Shown: positions 13,594 to 27,647 of the stretch, in pieces | Layout: each line of letters opens with the position of its first letter | Numbering within the stretch: the first letter of the stretch is position 1 | Assembly: GCA_030390025.1 (NCBI GenBank) | Contig: CM059432.1 | Span: 60,948,001 to 61,012,000, forward strand | From: Squalus acanthias | Taxonomy: Eukaryota | Length of the DNA stretch: 64,000 nt | Reading direction: 5' to 3' | Notes under the pieces: model-generated | Told to the model about the DNA's origin: nothing | The model's input: the letters and a program-made list of their open reading frames with translations, nothing else | Databases searched by the model: none | Position numbers and translations under genes: made by a program

Positions 13594-14233
13594 AGCCCAT
13601 AGAGCCCATAGAGAGCCCATAGAGCCTATAGAGCCCATAGAGAGCCCATAGAGCCCATAGAGCCCATAGAGCCCATAGAGCCCATAGAGCCCATAGAGAG
13701 CCCATAGAGCCCATAGAGCCTATAGAGCCCATAGAGCCCATAGAGCCTATAGAGCCCATAGAGCCTATAGAGCCCATAGAGCCCATAGAGCCTATAGAGC
13801 CCATAGAGCCCATAGAGCCCATAGAGCCCATAGAGAGCCCATAGAGCCCATCGAGCCCATAGAGAGCCCATAGAGCCCATAGAACCCATAGAGCCCATAG
13901 AGCGCCCATCGAGCCCATAGAGAGCCCATAGAGCCCATAGAGCCCATAGAGAGTCCATAGAGCCCATAGAGCGCCCATAGAGCCCATAGAGAGCCCATAG
14001 AGCCCATAGAGCCCATAGAGAGCCCATAGAGCCTATAGAGCCCATAGAGCCTATAGAGCCCATAGAGCCCATAGAGAGCCCATAGAGCCTATAGAGCCCA
14101 TAGAGCCTATAGAGCCCATAGAGCCCATAGAGCCTATAGAGCCCATAGAGCCCATAGAGAGCCCATCGAGCCCATAGAGAGCCCATCGAGCCTATAGAGC
14201 CCATAGAGCCCATAGAGCCCATAGAGCCCATAG
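13594..14233 (+). repeat. Minisatellite, 9-bp unit GAGCCCATA with GAGCCTATA and 11-bp variants
   Basis: Directly visible tandem array of about 640 bp. Confidence 0.97.
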
Positions 14234-15144
14234 CTATGTACGTATACATAAAAACAAAAAATAGGTGATAGTGATTATAAACTGTTAATCTCATTTCAGA
14301 GTTCAGATGACTATTATAAGTCACTTGAACCTTGTTCTCATGGGTTATAATATTACCTAGACCCTGAGAGAAGATTATTACCCAGTAATAACTTCCAGAT
14401 ATCTATTATTCTCTATTTACATTGCAACTTGTCTTTTGTGGTCATTGTGAGATGGGCCTGATTTGCTGTAATACACAGGTGGTTCTTGTATAGTACTGTA
14501 TACTGTACTGAAAAGGTTCGGGAGAGTGATATTCTTCATATCTGCCAGCAGGAATATTGAAGTCAATATATTTAGGTATAATTTTGAACACACTAAATGG
14601 TTTTCTAACAGTTGATATATACTTGTAATGCTTCTGTAGCATTGAAATTGATCTCCCTTTATTTAATGAGATTTAGGAAGAATAAGACTTTTCAGCATGA
14701 ATTTTCAATTAGGCACAGCCTGACTGACAGTTTGGTGGAGCACAATTTGCATCCACTTATTGGAATGAGTACTGACCCTGTCTTAATTTCTGGAGTTAGC
14801 CTAAGTTGAATTTTTTGGATGAGACCCAGGCAACAGATCACCTCTCATTGGCAGTATTACCATTTAGGGACTGGAAATAGTGTGCTGGTGCAGGATTTAA
14901 AGGCCTGCAAGGACAGAGAACATCACTACCATTTTTGCCCAAGGAAGGAAGTTTTGTGAATCCAAACTCTACTGCCAAGTAGGAGGCCATGTGGCAGCTA
15001 CAGATTCAGGACAAATATCTGCACCTCTTCCTACATTACAACAGTGACTACACATCAAAAATAATTAATTGGCTGTAAATTGCTTTGGGACGTCCGATGG
15101 TCGTGAAAGGCGCTACATAAATGCAAGTCTTTCTTTCTTCTTAA

Positions 15145-15415
15145 TCAAATAGGGAATTCAGAAGGAACTTCTTTACCCAAAGAGTGGTGAGAATCTGGAA
15201 CTCGCTACCACAGGCAGTGGTTGAAGCGAATAGTATAGATGCATTTAAGGGGTGGCTAGACAAGCATATGAGGGAGAAGGGAATAGAGGGTTATGGTGAT
15301 AGATTTAGATGAGGAAAGACGGGAGGAGGCTCAAGTGGAGCATAAACGCCAGCATGGACTGGTTGGGCTGAATGGCCTGTTTCTGTGCTGTATATTCTAT
15401 GTAATCCTATGTAAT
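15145..15415 (+). mobile_element. CR1 LINE 3' end, preceded by an L2/SINE tail at about 15030-15140
   Basis: Near-identical to 45775-46020 and ends in ATGTAATCCT repeats. Confidence 0.85.
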
Positions 15416-15849
15416 CTTCCTTCTCATCCTATCGTACCCACATTTAGGAGTAGATTTTGAGGCCTCCCATGTGGTGGAAATGGGGCGGTACTGCCCTGAA
15501 AATGGTAGGGAATGATTTACCGCCACGTTCCCACCCTCACTGAGGGTGGCACAATCTCCCCCCAGGCCTATCTTGGGTGGTCTGGCAGGCCGCCTGAGTC
15601 AGGCAGCAGGTCACTTTCAAATGTGAGTCAAATGTGATGTACATACGACCCCGTTTGCCATTTTAGGACAGTACTGGACACAGCGTGCTCTGCGCACGCT
15701 CTGCCCAGTATCAAATGCAGACCACCGGAGAGGAGTCAACAGGTAAGTTTATGTTTATTTTTGTGGGGCCGAGAGGAGGAAGAATGCTCCTCCGGGCTCC
15801 ACATAAACAGCTCCCTGTTCTCTCCATCCTAAAATCGGACTTACATAAT

Positions 15850-16000
15850 GCATCTGTACATAGCCAATTGGCAGATGTTAAACTTGTTCCCAGTGGCAGC
15901 CTGGAATGATCCAACAACATAAAAGTTAAGGGCAGTTGTTACCTTCACAGTCACTGGCAGCACTGGAAGATAGGTTGTAAGCCAGTGATGGCTTATTTGG
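15850..16000 (-). pseudogene. Harbinger (HARBI1-like) transposase remnant
   Basis: [20 protein letters not shown] resembles [19 protein letters not shown] in the transposase at 28.8 kb. Confidence 0.75.
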
Positions 16001-16141
16001 TAAGGTGAAGCCTCCACAGGAATTGCTCCTCTAACAAATGAAAGCATGCTCACTTTTGCGCTTCTGGTACTTCCTGACCAGCCTACTAACCTTTCATTGC
16101 TTCTCATCTTATTATAAAACATATAAAAAAATAAAGATACT

Positions 16142-18040
16142 GGGGCCTAGAAATTGGATAAGGCCCGAAAACGGGCACGGGCAACGCAAACTGCCCGTGC
16201 CTGTTCAAAGTGGTACACGCAGCACGCTGCTGATTGGTTTAGCGCTGAACGGGGGGTTAATAAAGATTGGCCTATGCTCTCTGCACTACTTTAAGGGTGG
16301 GTGCTTTGTCAATGTCAGTGTGCATAAAACCATGCATCAACAGCCAAGAGAGAGGGCGAGGAGATTTTCGGATGCAACACTGGAGGCCTTGGTTCTGGGG
16401 GTTCAAAGATGCTGTCAGGTCCTCTACTCGCAGGGGGGCAGGAAGCCATCCAGGCAGAACAGCAGAAGGATTTGGGAGAGATCGCTGAAGCTGTCAGTGC
16501 GATGAGTGTTGTCTCTATAACCTGGATCTAGTGCCACAAGTAGTTTAATAACCTCACACGAGTGGTCAAGGTGAGTGAATGCATCTTCAAATGCCATATC
16601 TCACCATCTGCACCACAAGCCTCACACACTGCTCAATGCACCACACCCCCAGCACTCACCTACCAACAATCTCTAGCAATCACCACACATACCTCACATT
16701 CATAGTGTCACCTCACCCTCACACAGTTACCACTGCTGCAAGATTCACACCCACATCTCACACACCAGCTATTCAACCATGGCAGGCACATCACCCAAAC
16801 ATATTGGACCACACTCACTGACACACTTCCCTTTCTTTTGCAGGCAAAGATGGCTCATAAATGCCGGGAGCAGCAGCAGACGGGTGGAGGGGAAGCCCGA
16901 CTGCAGAACCTCACAGATCTGGAGGAAGCAGTGCTGGAGATAATTGGAGGGGCCGTTACTGAGTCCGTGGTGAGCGGCGAAGTTGAAATCATTGATGATG
17001 ATGACGGAATGCTCATACCTAATCCTTCTCACATCCCACTTGCCCCTCATCCCACAATCTCTTCTCACTTACAAGCTGCTGATGGTGTATGCATGGATAT
17101 CTTGCTTTCCCCCGCTCCCCTCACCACAATCCGACCCTTGTGCCTTTCTCCTTTCAGATACCCAATAAGTCCCACCAGCACAGCCAGTACCCAAAGTCAT
17201 GGAGGAGGAGAGTGAAGGAGAAGAAGAGGGACCATCACTGCATCTGACACTCGTAGGCACCTGCTCAGAAAATGGGTTGCAGCCAGGCCAGGGGGAAAGG
17301 GTAGCTCAGGTGCCAGCTCCCCAGAGGGCTAGTTCGCGCATGTGTTCTGCTGCACACAACTCAGATGTTAAACTCGATGGGGCGACCTTCAGAAGAAGGA
17401 TGATGTGCATGCACCATGGCAAGCCTGTCAGAGAGTCTCTTGTCAGTGTCAAGGAGCATGGAGTTGTCCGGCTCCAACATTGCATGGGGCTTTGCATGGA
17501 GCTTGGAGCCCGTGATTCCCAGGATGGAAATGATGGCAATTCCATTGGAGACCTTGTGGACCCAACCATGATGCTGGATGTGATGGGCGATGCCGCAGCT
17601 TCAACTGCAGCACAGTCGGAAGTGACCCAACATCTCGGTGCTGCAGTGGAAGCTCAGACTGGGTTCTGTGATGATGGAGACCTCAGGAGGAGGCCGATAT
17701 GGATCATCCACTCAGCACTTCTGGCTGAAGAAGGTTGCAAACGCTTCAGCCTTGTCTTTGCATGCACTAGCCCAAACATGGGCAGAACTCACTGTAGCCA
17801 GTGGAAATGATGGTGAAAATAGGATGGAGGAGAATTGGGCTCCACCCAATTTTCTGATATGTTCCCTCCAATTTACCTGATCAGAAAATCCAGGCTTTTT
17901 AGCTACAGCATGTGGCATTAGAATAAGGCAGCAATTTAAACGTCTATGCTTGCAGGGAGTTGCCTCAGGACTCCAGTTAGTGTATTCAAAATTATGCCTA
18001 AATAAATTTAGTGGGTGTTTGAATCAATTTCTGGGCTCCC
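16142..18040 (+). mobile_element. Non-autonomous Harbinger element carrying a decayed three-exon Myb/SANT-like gene
   Basis: Imperfect TIRs GGGGCCTAGAAATTG / CAATTTCTGGGCTCCC. Exon 1 RARRFSDATLEALV, exon 2 after TTTTGCAG (AKMAHK...TGGG), exon 3 after CTTTCAG. Confidence 0.7.
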
Positions 18041-18516
18041 GCACTCACACTTTAGTTGGCTCTATGCATCCTAATGTAAAAGTTGAATGTAGCGGAGTGC
18101 CAACATATAGTCTATGCAGGTGACGGGTTTGCAGAGCAAGTTTTCCATCGCCTTCAATGGTAGGTAATTCAGAAGTTGTAAAAATAGAGGGTAATTGCAT
18201 AGAGGTGACCATAAGTATAGGCTGAACTGTAATTCCAAAAATCGTGACAACGTAAGAATGTGAAGAAATAAAGTTGTGTAATCATATAGCACCTTATCAT
18301 GTTTCTCAGAAATGTCTAAAAGCAGCACATAAATGAATAATTTTGGAGTGCAGTGATTGATATTATTTAGGTAAATGCATGTAAGAAAAGCATCTTTAGC
18401 AACCTACTGTATAATTGTTAAACTTGTTAAGAAAAACATCAGAAGCTTTGTCTGAAGACTGCTTAACTTTGTTTAGATAGTACGTCCTTCATGAAACCAC
18501 ATAATGAGACACTTTG

Positions 18517-19170
18517 GCTGCGATTTCCCCTACCTCGGCGGATCCATGGTGTGCCCCGACCTCGCTGCCAGCTCCAGCCCGCTGTCCAAAATGATTTCCC
18601 CTGATTGGGCTTGTTAAGCCCGCCCAGCGCGTTTGCCGGCCAATTGAAGGAAGCGGGTCTGATGACTTCATTTGATGACGCGTCATCAGCCAGTTTCCTT
18701 AAAGGGACCATGCGCAAATTGATTATGACAGTTGTGCTGTCAGTGTTCTACAGCATTGAGGTGCTGCAAATAATGACAAGCACGGCACAGAGATGCACGG
18801 CTGCACCCAGGCTCTCCCATGACTCACTCCATATGCTTATGGAGGGAGTCACAGCACGCAGGGAGGTTCTCTTTCCTTCCAATGGGTGGAAGAGACCCCA
18901 GGACACCAACGCAGCCTGGTTGCACATTGCACAGGAGGACATAAGCAGGGATGTCATCAGGAGGACCAGGCTGCAGTGGCGCAAACCTTTCAATGATCTC
19001 AGTAGATCACGAAACGTTACTGCAAAGCCACACTCAACCTCATCCTGCTGTGCCACTCATCACATCCCCATCACTCTGCCCTCCCCTCTCCTACTCCTGC
19101 ACATCCTTACTCACACCAACTTACCTTGCACCTCCACCCATCCCTCTCTATCTACATTATCACTTCCCCA
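18517..19170 (+). mobile_element. Harbinger left end plus Myb/SANT-like exon 1 (truncated)
   Basis: APRLSHDSLHMLMEGVTARREVLFPSNG...WLHIA...RKPFNDL is homologous to 25127-25366. Confidence 0.8.
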
Positions 19171-19569
19171 TCTCAAGGTTGCCATTAGTTATCTCATGTT
19201 TATGGGATCATGGCATGAGAAACCATTAGTTTTCTGTTTCTGCCTTATTGGGGAAAGTGCAGAAGTCAGTATGTGGCTGCTTGGCTTGGGAGACATTGAA
19301 ATTAATTGACGTACGGGCACAAAGTTCTGTAAGCACTAATGGGTGATTGACGTATATAAGGCTGGACTTAAAGCATAGATGTTAGAATATTCTGGGAGCG
19401 AAACTAGACACGCTCAAGTGGTAGCAAGGCCATGCGAGCTTAATCACCTCGGAACCTTGTCGGTGTTAAGTAACTTCTTAAAAAAACCTTTATACGTTGG
19501 AACAAAACTCCCTCTAGTCTCTTGATACTACAGACTAAATCTAATATATTTTACTCACAATGCAATAGC

Positions 19570-19830
19570 CATTTTACACACAGCAAGATCCCACAATCAG
19601 CAATAAGATCAATGCTCTTAATTTTTTTGGTGGTGTTGGGTGAGGTAAGAATACTAGTCAGAGCACCAGAAGAACTTCCTGCTGTCCTTCAAATAGTGTC
19701 ACAGAATCTTTAGTATCTACAGGCATACGGGGCCTCAGTTTAACATCTCATCCAAAGGATGGCACCTCCACAATGCAGCATTCCCTCAGTACTGCAGTGG
19801 AATGTCAATCTAGGTTATGTGCTCAAGTCA
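19570..19830 (-). mobile_element. Deu-domain SINE (SacSINE1/AmnSINE-like) fragment
   Basis: Reverse complement contains GGAGGTGCCATCCTTTGGATGAGATGTTAAACTGAGGCCCC, which I recognise from memory as the Deu domain. Confidence 0.6.
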
Positions 19831-19929
19831 CAATGAGCAGATTACCCATTGGAGGAAAGTGTCATAATGTACTCTTTGTGCTTGTAAAACTGTTACCGTG
19901 GGACACTCATTTAATTATGATACTAATAC

Positions 19930-20052
19930 CTGTTGCTGTTGACGCACATCCAGACGCATTCTCTTAGCTGCATTCCGGCTCTCGCTCTCACAAGCTGTGG
20001 CCAAGATATTCTCTGCTACTGCAGATGTGAGGTGTGAAGGGATGGGACGAGA
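19930..20052 (-). CDS. NOL4: NOL4 internal coding exon (123 bp, phase 0-0); absent from the ORF track
   Basis: TTTCTTCAG acceptor and CAG|GTATT donor. Encodes [55 protein letters not shown] and [13 protein letters not shown] favour NOL4 over NOL4L. Confidence 0.92.
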
Positions 20053-23000
20053 CTGAAGAAAGAAATACAAAAGAAATATTACACCAGGCTTTAAAAAAGA
20101 GATAGTTTAAAAACTAACACAAAATATTTAATGATGGTATTTCTAAAATAGCAACACCATCACAAATCCATAGCACACTTGTCTGCTCCAATATTCTGCA
20201 AGGCAAAGAAAGAAAATTACAAGTCCTAATAATAAAAAAATGATGAGCACTCAAGAGGCCAAATCTGGCAATGCCACAGAAATCCATCAAAAAATCATTT
20301 TTGTTGCTTTTCTGTAGACTGAATTCAGTCCGGTTCATTAGCCTACCATTTCAACAGCCAGTGGCATCTTCTGGGTACAGGTGCTGCAAATCAAGTGCTG
20401 TGTTACTACCTTGCCTATTAAACTCAAATGCCTTGTACTCTCTAAAATGCATGGAAGCATCTTGCACCATAATAAAATATTTAGGCACTCCGCAATTTAT
20501 CATGGTACTTAATGCTGTATTGAACTTTATCATTTTGCAGACAATTGTTTCAGACATATTACAGGAAGAAAAAAAAACATTCATTCTGTATTACTGGAAG
20601 AAATGGCAAAGAATCTACGACAGGCATTGCAATTATCTTTACAGTCAAATAAAATTGCAAGAAAATGAAAGTTGGGAGGAAATGTGATTGGATTTATTTG
20701 AAGAAAAGCATGAGGATTAAAACATTTTCAAGATGAAATTACAATTAATATTAATAGGATTGAGTCTGAGGTTACTTGGTGAATTATTTCTTATAAACAA
20801 CCACTCTCTATGAGGTCTTCACTATTTTCATTGAATTTCCAGTATTTGTTTTATCTGAAGATTGACAGTGTTAAAGATACATTGTCATATTGAAACTAGA
20901 AACAATTGTAACTCTTTTATAATGAGACATCATTAATTTTTACTTTCAAAATACTTTAAAGCACAGATGACACAATATTTTAACAACTAAGGGTTAAATC
21001 ATTCTGCGTGGGGTCACTAAAGCACTCTTGGTAGTAAATAGTTTACAAATAATTGACAGTTGTCATTGTGCCATCGATGTGACATTGTCCATTGGTGCAT
21101 GGTAAGTTACTGCCAATGGTAAATTAGGATGGCAAATGTGAAAATGCTTTCAACAATTGTCTTAACTACTTAATCTTGAACCAATGTCCTTGATTCCTAA
21201 AAATCCTATATAGGAACATAGGAATTGCTAGATGAAAAAAGACTAAGATCCATCTTGTTTGCCTTCTACCATCCTGGCAGTTGCATGATACAATGATAAA
21301 TATCATATAATACCAAAAGCCCAAAATGCAGAATATGACTGACTTGAAAATAATAACAAAGCTCAGATTCACAAAACAGGAGGTGTGTCTAATTGTGGAG
21401 GAGGTGCTGAGCAGAGAGCCTGAGTAAATCCCCAAACTCCTGGAGATACTCCAAAGGTTACTGAGTAGCTGCATACAAACTCCCATAAAACAGATCTGGA
21501 TAGAAGTTAGGAAATATTTCAATCACATGAAACAAAATGCAAAAGTTTAACTAGCACAAATGCATTGGTGCAGGGGTAAAACAAGCTGAAATGGAAGAAG
21601 TTAATATCTGTACAGAAGGGGGGGCTTTGAGCCTATGATGTAAGAGGGATTACTAATGAATAAGATAAATGTCTCCAAGTACCACTGAATCTAAATTTTT
21701 CTAAAAACATTTATATTGCAATATTCAAAGTGAAATGACACTGTCAAACATATATTAACATACACATATATTAAATTATGAACACTGTGCACACATAATT
21801 ACTTGTGTGTCACACGTTAAGGGACAGTAGTACTGCAGACTTAATATCGATTCAACATTATTTATGCATTGCACCAATGTAGAATCTGTAGCATAACAAC
21901 AGTTTAAAACAATTGTTCAAACTGATTTATTTGAAGCAGTATTAAAATACCTGAGAAGGTCATCTCGCACCATTTTTGGCTTCACACAAGTTGCTGCAAC
22001 CACTGAAAAGCTCTCAGGTAATCTGCTGGACTACCTTTTGAATTTTTAATGATAGCAAAGTGCTGAAAGTATAGTCCAATCTTTTCTAACATTAAAAATA
22101 TCACTAGCATTGTTAAGCCAGTAAGTGGAGCTCTGTACATACATTTAAGTAAGCATGCATGGAGTCGTGTTTTGCCTGAGCAGCGAGCATGTTCATGCTG
22201 TCTATTCGGATTGCTCTCTAAAAGAGTACTGGTATAAATCATATAGAATATCCAGCACTGGAATCCACTACTAATACCAGAACAGAGGAAGCTGATCCAG
22301 CAGAAGAATAATCTACTTCATCATTGCCACAATATGAGTGAGCACTAGTGCTGAAGGAATTAGCAGTACTAGAGGAGGAAGCATCAGCTGATTGCCTCTT
22401 CAGAATTTCAAAGCAATGGAGGCCACATATATAGGATGAGGAAGAAAGAATTGCGTAGCTCCTTACACCTATCTTCAAGGAAAGAATTCTTCTAGATCAA
22501 CTGGATGCACAACAGGCATTACACATCTATGAGCTTCAGTGGAGCAAAGCATAGAGGAACTCTAGGTTATACAATTTTGTCAATGTCCAAGAAGTGGTGC
22601 GGACAGAATTGCAATGTTCCTTAAATGACTTCCATGGTGCATTAGATTCTCACATAGCTGGAATTCAGTCCACTACGCCTATTAGCAACATGGTGGAGCA
22701 GTGCAGTCAACTATACAGGTTAATGAGGAGATTGTCTTACCATCTGCTTTCATTGCTGCTTTTAGTGGCCCAGGGGGTACATCTGGGTTTTGCCGACATG
22801 AGTCATCTCATCAATTTGAAGTATGCCCAATGCCACAATAATCTCTTCCTCATGACTGCAAGAAGCCAGTGGGATTAAAATTGTTTGCATCATCACTTTG
22901 ACGACTACTGTTCTGGTTGTTGCAATTAGGGACACAGATTCAATGTATTTGCTGTGTATGTGGCAAGATTTTTTTTTAACTTATCTTAGGAAGCAGTGCA

Positions 23001-25126
23001 TCCTATTAATTGTCTTACTTAGTGTTTTAATCAACGTGAGATTAATTTTATGCTAGTCAGAGTAGTATAATAGTACTGAGATACCACCCATGCAGTTGCC
23101 TCCAAATACTAAGAGTAATGAAATGGCATCTGAGGTTTCTGATGTCATCTAGTTGTCAAGTATGTACAAACTGCAACCTTTCATTAGAGCTACCCTAACT
23201 GTGAGGTTATAAACAGAGGAATTCCTCTCTTTATGAATCCAGCTGCACTACCTGGAGTCAGTATAGGCACATATGCAAACAGATCTTTAGAAAACTATAG
23301 TGAACCCTATTTAGAATTCTCTCTCAAGATATCTGCAGTTTTGCACCAGCTTCTTCAGTTGTCTCTAATCAATAGCTTACAAATGCCTCTAAAGAAATGA
23401 AGGTCTTGAGAATAAGGTTCATACTTGAGGAAAATGAAACTGTGCAAAGACAATTCCTGGCCCCTTTTGCATCAGCTCCCAGTTTTCTGCTTTGGCTACT
23501 GCCCCCATAAGCAGCATTGCATCTTGCGGAGGAAAAATAGAGAGTTAAACAAGCATGTTATTGAAAACAAAGGTACTATCATATAGCTGCATATTGTGAG
23601 TTCGGAGATCTTTTCAATAATTCCAAAGTTCAAACACTGGGATTTTCATACAGAATGTTCTGATGTAAACAAGGATTGTACCTTTCAAAGACAATGCTGC
23701 TGAAAATATCACAGTGGAATTACATTCTGCTATCATATTGTATGTTATTGAGCAGGTCATTTGTTGGCAAAAATAGCCATTTAATATTTAATTCTCTACA
23801 GATGGACCGAATAATACATCAGAATTCAACTGTATCAAACTCAGTTTTTGAATGAACTGTTCTGAGTTCAGCATCATACTGTTTCAATAGCCCCCGCTCC
23901 ATCAAAGTGTGGTATACAATAAATTAAACATTACACTTGAATTATTCTATTGACATTCCTTCTGGATGCTGAAATACTTTTTCAGGCCCATTTAGTTTTT
24001 TCAGGCAGATGAAAAATGTTCTTTATAAATGTTAATCTGTTGCTGACAATGAAGTTTTCTTTCTTTTTGTAAATTTTCATTCTAACTTATCTTCTATCTT
24101 TTGGTATGCCTATTCTTCAATTGCTGTAACTGAGAGATAAGATGCAGAACCTGGTACCAGTGCCATCAATGGCTCCCAAGAGCACTCTCCTATCAGGAGG
24201 TGCTATGCTTTACCCAGATATGACTCTCTCTTCTGATATTCTCTCCCTCCTTGCAAGGAGAAGCTGCAGTCCTTGCTCAGTACTTCCGTACTTGGTGTGG
24301 CTGAGAGAGAGGAGTGTAGGTTCAAACCTACATTTGTTTCACTTGGTGACAAGGAGTGTTAGTGCTCTAATGCTCAGGACCGTGGAAATACTGCAACAAT
24401 TCAGATTTCCAAAATAGTTAGAAATATAGGTGGTATGAAAAATGTCTGCCCTCTATCCTCACCAAAAGGGCCCACATTTTACTGACAAAACTGAGTCAAG
24501 CAACAATCTAACTTTCTTTGATTTGCCTTGAAGAGACACAGAATAATAAGAGTTCCCCCTGTTCCAGCAATGAATATAACTGAAATTTGTTACTGCAGTG
24601 CTAAATTAGTGATTTTTAAATCTAAAAGCATCTTGGAGCCAAATATCCTGTGGTCCTGCTTGGCCAGCGATAGCACAGCAAGGTGGGACTTACGACCATC
24701 TGTTGTTTTTACCCGAGTCTGGCCCACTGCCTGGTGTCATAGGCATTTAAATATTTTGACGGGCGCTGCCGCTATTTATGGCCCGAGTAGATGCCCGCCT
24801 CAGGTGGGGAAGAGAGTGCATGAAAATTGCTGTGGTGCCCAGCTGCAGCTTGGGCCGTGATTTTACCACAGGCGGAGGGTTGGAGTCGGGTTGGCTGGTC
24901 AGCTGCTGCTGCCGGTCCCGCTGCTGGTTTCAGCCGTGTTGAAATAACTATTTTGCCTTAACTGGGCTTATTAAGCCTGCCGTGCGTATTACCCGGCCCA
25001 ATCAGTGGGTTCGGGTCTGCTGCTCGCCTCTGCTGACATCTTCCATTCAGCTGCATTTAAGGGGCCCATGCAGCCTTGTGCTGTTTCATTCACATTCTGC
25101 TGCTTCTCATTGTTACTGATAGCGAG

Positions 25127-27647
25127 ATGACTGCTTCGAGAGCCAAGACTTCTCCAAGATTCGATGATGACTCCCTCCATGCTTTTGTGGAGGGAGTGAG
25201 AGGGCGCCAAGCGGTACTGTTCCCCTCAAATGGACGGAGGAAGCCTCCTCAGCAAACCAAAGCAGCCTGGCTGCAAATTGCTGAGGAGGTGCGCGCCAGG
25301 TCTTTGTGTTCACGCACCTGGGTTCAGTGCCGGAAAAGGTTCAATGACCTGCTACGCACAGCAAAAGTTAGTATAACATCACACTTACCTTCAATCTGCT
25401 CCCCATCTCTTCTCATCACCAGCACTCTGCATTGTCAACCTACTCCTGCACATCCCAACTTACCCTTACATCCCTTGCACCCTTAACCATCCCTCTCTCT
25501 CTATGTACAGAATCACTTCACCATCCTACTATGCACCCCTCACACTCGCTATCACTGTTATGTAATGGCAACAACTAACAACGCACAGGGAGGGCCCTTG
25601 GTATTGGCACCTCATCTTTGTTTTCCTCTAAGCATCTATGCTATGGATTCTCTACACTCACTCCAACATTCTTGCTCAAACTCCACTTGTGTCGCTCATT
25701 GCAGGAAAAGAGAGCCCACAATAAGAGGGAGAGGGGGAGGACAGGAGGAGGCCCATATTCCATGGCGCATTTAACTAACGCTGAGGAGGCTGCTATCGAC
25801 ATCATCGGAAGTACTGAGGAGCTGGAAGTGGGGGATGGAGTGACGGGTGCAGTAGAGCAAGCTGGTGACAGAATAGATTTGCAACCCTCTCATTTAGATT
25901 TCATGAGTGACTGATATGGCATCTGATATTCATACAGATTGCCATGTACAGCAGGCACTTCAAAGCAATGGAGAGGTACCACCAACGCTGCCTCCACGAG
26001 ATCCTGCAAATCCATTGGCAGGATAGGCGCACCAATGTCAGTCTTCTCACTCAGGCCAACATCCCCAGCATCGAAGCTTTGACCATGCTCGATCAGCTCC
26101 GATGGATGGGCCACATCGTCCGCATGCGCGATACGAGATTCCCAAAACAAGCGCTTTACTCGGAGCTCCGACACGGCAAGAGAGCCCCAGGTGGGCAGAG
26201 GAAACGCTTCAAGGACACCCTCAAAGCTTCCTTGAAAAAGTGCAACATCCCCACCGACACCTGGGAATCCCTGGCCCAAGACCGCACAAAGTGGAGGAGA
26301 AGCATCCGGGAAGGCGCCAAACACCTTGAGTCTCTTCGCCAGGAGCAAGTGGAAGCCAAGTGCAAACAGCGGAAGGAGCGCACTTCAACTCAAGCACCCC
26401 ACCCACCCATCCCTTCAACCACCGTCTGCCCCACCTGTGACAGAGACTGTAGGTCCCGCATTGGACTCATCAGTCACCTGAGAACTAATTTTCAGTGTGG
26501 AAGCAAGTCATCCTCGGTTCCGAGGGACTGCCTAAGAGAAGATATTCATACAGATTGAGTTCTGATCATCTGCACAATGGTATGTGTCTGCTACATTAAT
26601 ATCACATGTCTAACTCATGCATTTACTCCCCCACAGGACCATCGAGAGCCCCCCTCCCCACTGTCCAGGAGGAAGAGCTGGAAGACTCCTCAGAGGAAGC
26701 TGCAGCCTCTGAGAATGCAGTGTCAGCAGAATTGAGTACACCCAGCACCAGCGCAGAGACGCACACCTCGGCGGATCCTTCGCGAGATAGATTAGTGTTG
26801 CCACCTGGTGTATCACAGCTCACAAGTGAGCATCAGCAGATGGTGGAGACAGGTACAGCAGAGGAGAGTCCTCATCGAAGGGCGCTGGATGCTCCTAGCT
26901 CTGTTCAGCTGCATGTGGATGCTGTGCCTCTGGGGCCATCCAGAAAGAGAGCTGGAACTTCAGGAACAAGTGCAGGAGTCTCTGACAGGGTTTGCAACTA
27001 CTGTAACTGCATATGTGCAGAGAATGGAGGAGTCCATCTCAAACACGAGCAATGCCGTGATGCACGCAATGGCGAATGTAGGTACCGCCATGGAACGGAT
27101 GGCAACCTCCATGGAGGACATAAATCGCCAGACTCAAATGAACATGGTGACTCTTCTAAATAGATGGTCTGCTATGGAGGATAGATGGGCATCTATTGAG
27201 GAGAGGAACCAAAGGTACATGGACATCCCTGTTATGAGGACTGTCAGTACAGAGACAGGTCCTCATGGCCCCACTGATGTGCAGCAAGGAGCTTTCCAGC
27301 TACTTGCTAGCAGTGAAGTGCAGGTGACTCATGAGAGTGATGTTGGTGGTCAACAACAAGGAAGTGTGGGCTCCTCTCCAAGCACTCATACTTCCATGCC
27401 ACCGCGGAGACCTCGGTCAGAGCCCCAGATTCCTCACCCAACTGAGATGGCCATCTCAGCCCCTGCACAGCTGCAGGAGGAGCAGACTGTTGCCGAACCC
27501 TCCCAGGCTCCAAAACCCAGAGGACGCCCACCAAAGGCGTCGAAGCAGGCGCAGCATGGACGTGAGCTAGGTGCCTCAAAATCTGCTGAAGCCACAGGGG
27601 AAGCACCACGTAGAAGCACACGTAAGAGAAAGTTAACACACAAATAG
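25127..27647 (+). pseudogene. Harbinger Myb/SANT-like DNA-binding protein gene; exons 25127-25366, 25705-25864, 26637-27647; frameshift near 26950
   Basis: PRFDDDSL...W..IA....RTWVQCRKRFNDL trihelix motif. GT-AG introns have compatible phases (0 and 1). Basic C-terminus PRGRPPK...RRSTRKRK. Confidence 0.82.
25942..26540 (+). mobile_element. RTE-clade LINE 3' fragment inserted in intron 2 of the Harbinger Myb gene
   Basis: QLRWMGHIVRM...PKQALYSEL...KRFKDTLK and a C-terminal CxxC...H finger. 17-bp TSD GATATTCATACAGATTG (25925-25941, 26541-26557). Confidence 0.92.

Noticed and set aside
13568..14324. ORFs encoding MGS/LWA/LYG repeats
   Set aside because: They are translations of the 9-bp minisatellite with no splice or coding context.
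1..19929. Downstream NOL4 exons
   Set aside because: A by-eye search for the expected next exon on the minus strand found no convincing candidate. It probably lies beyond the window start.
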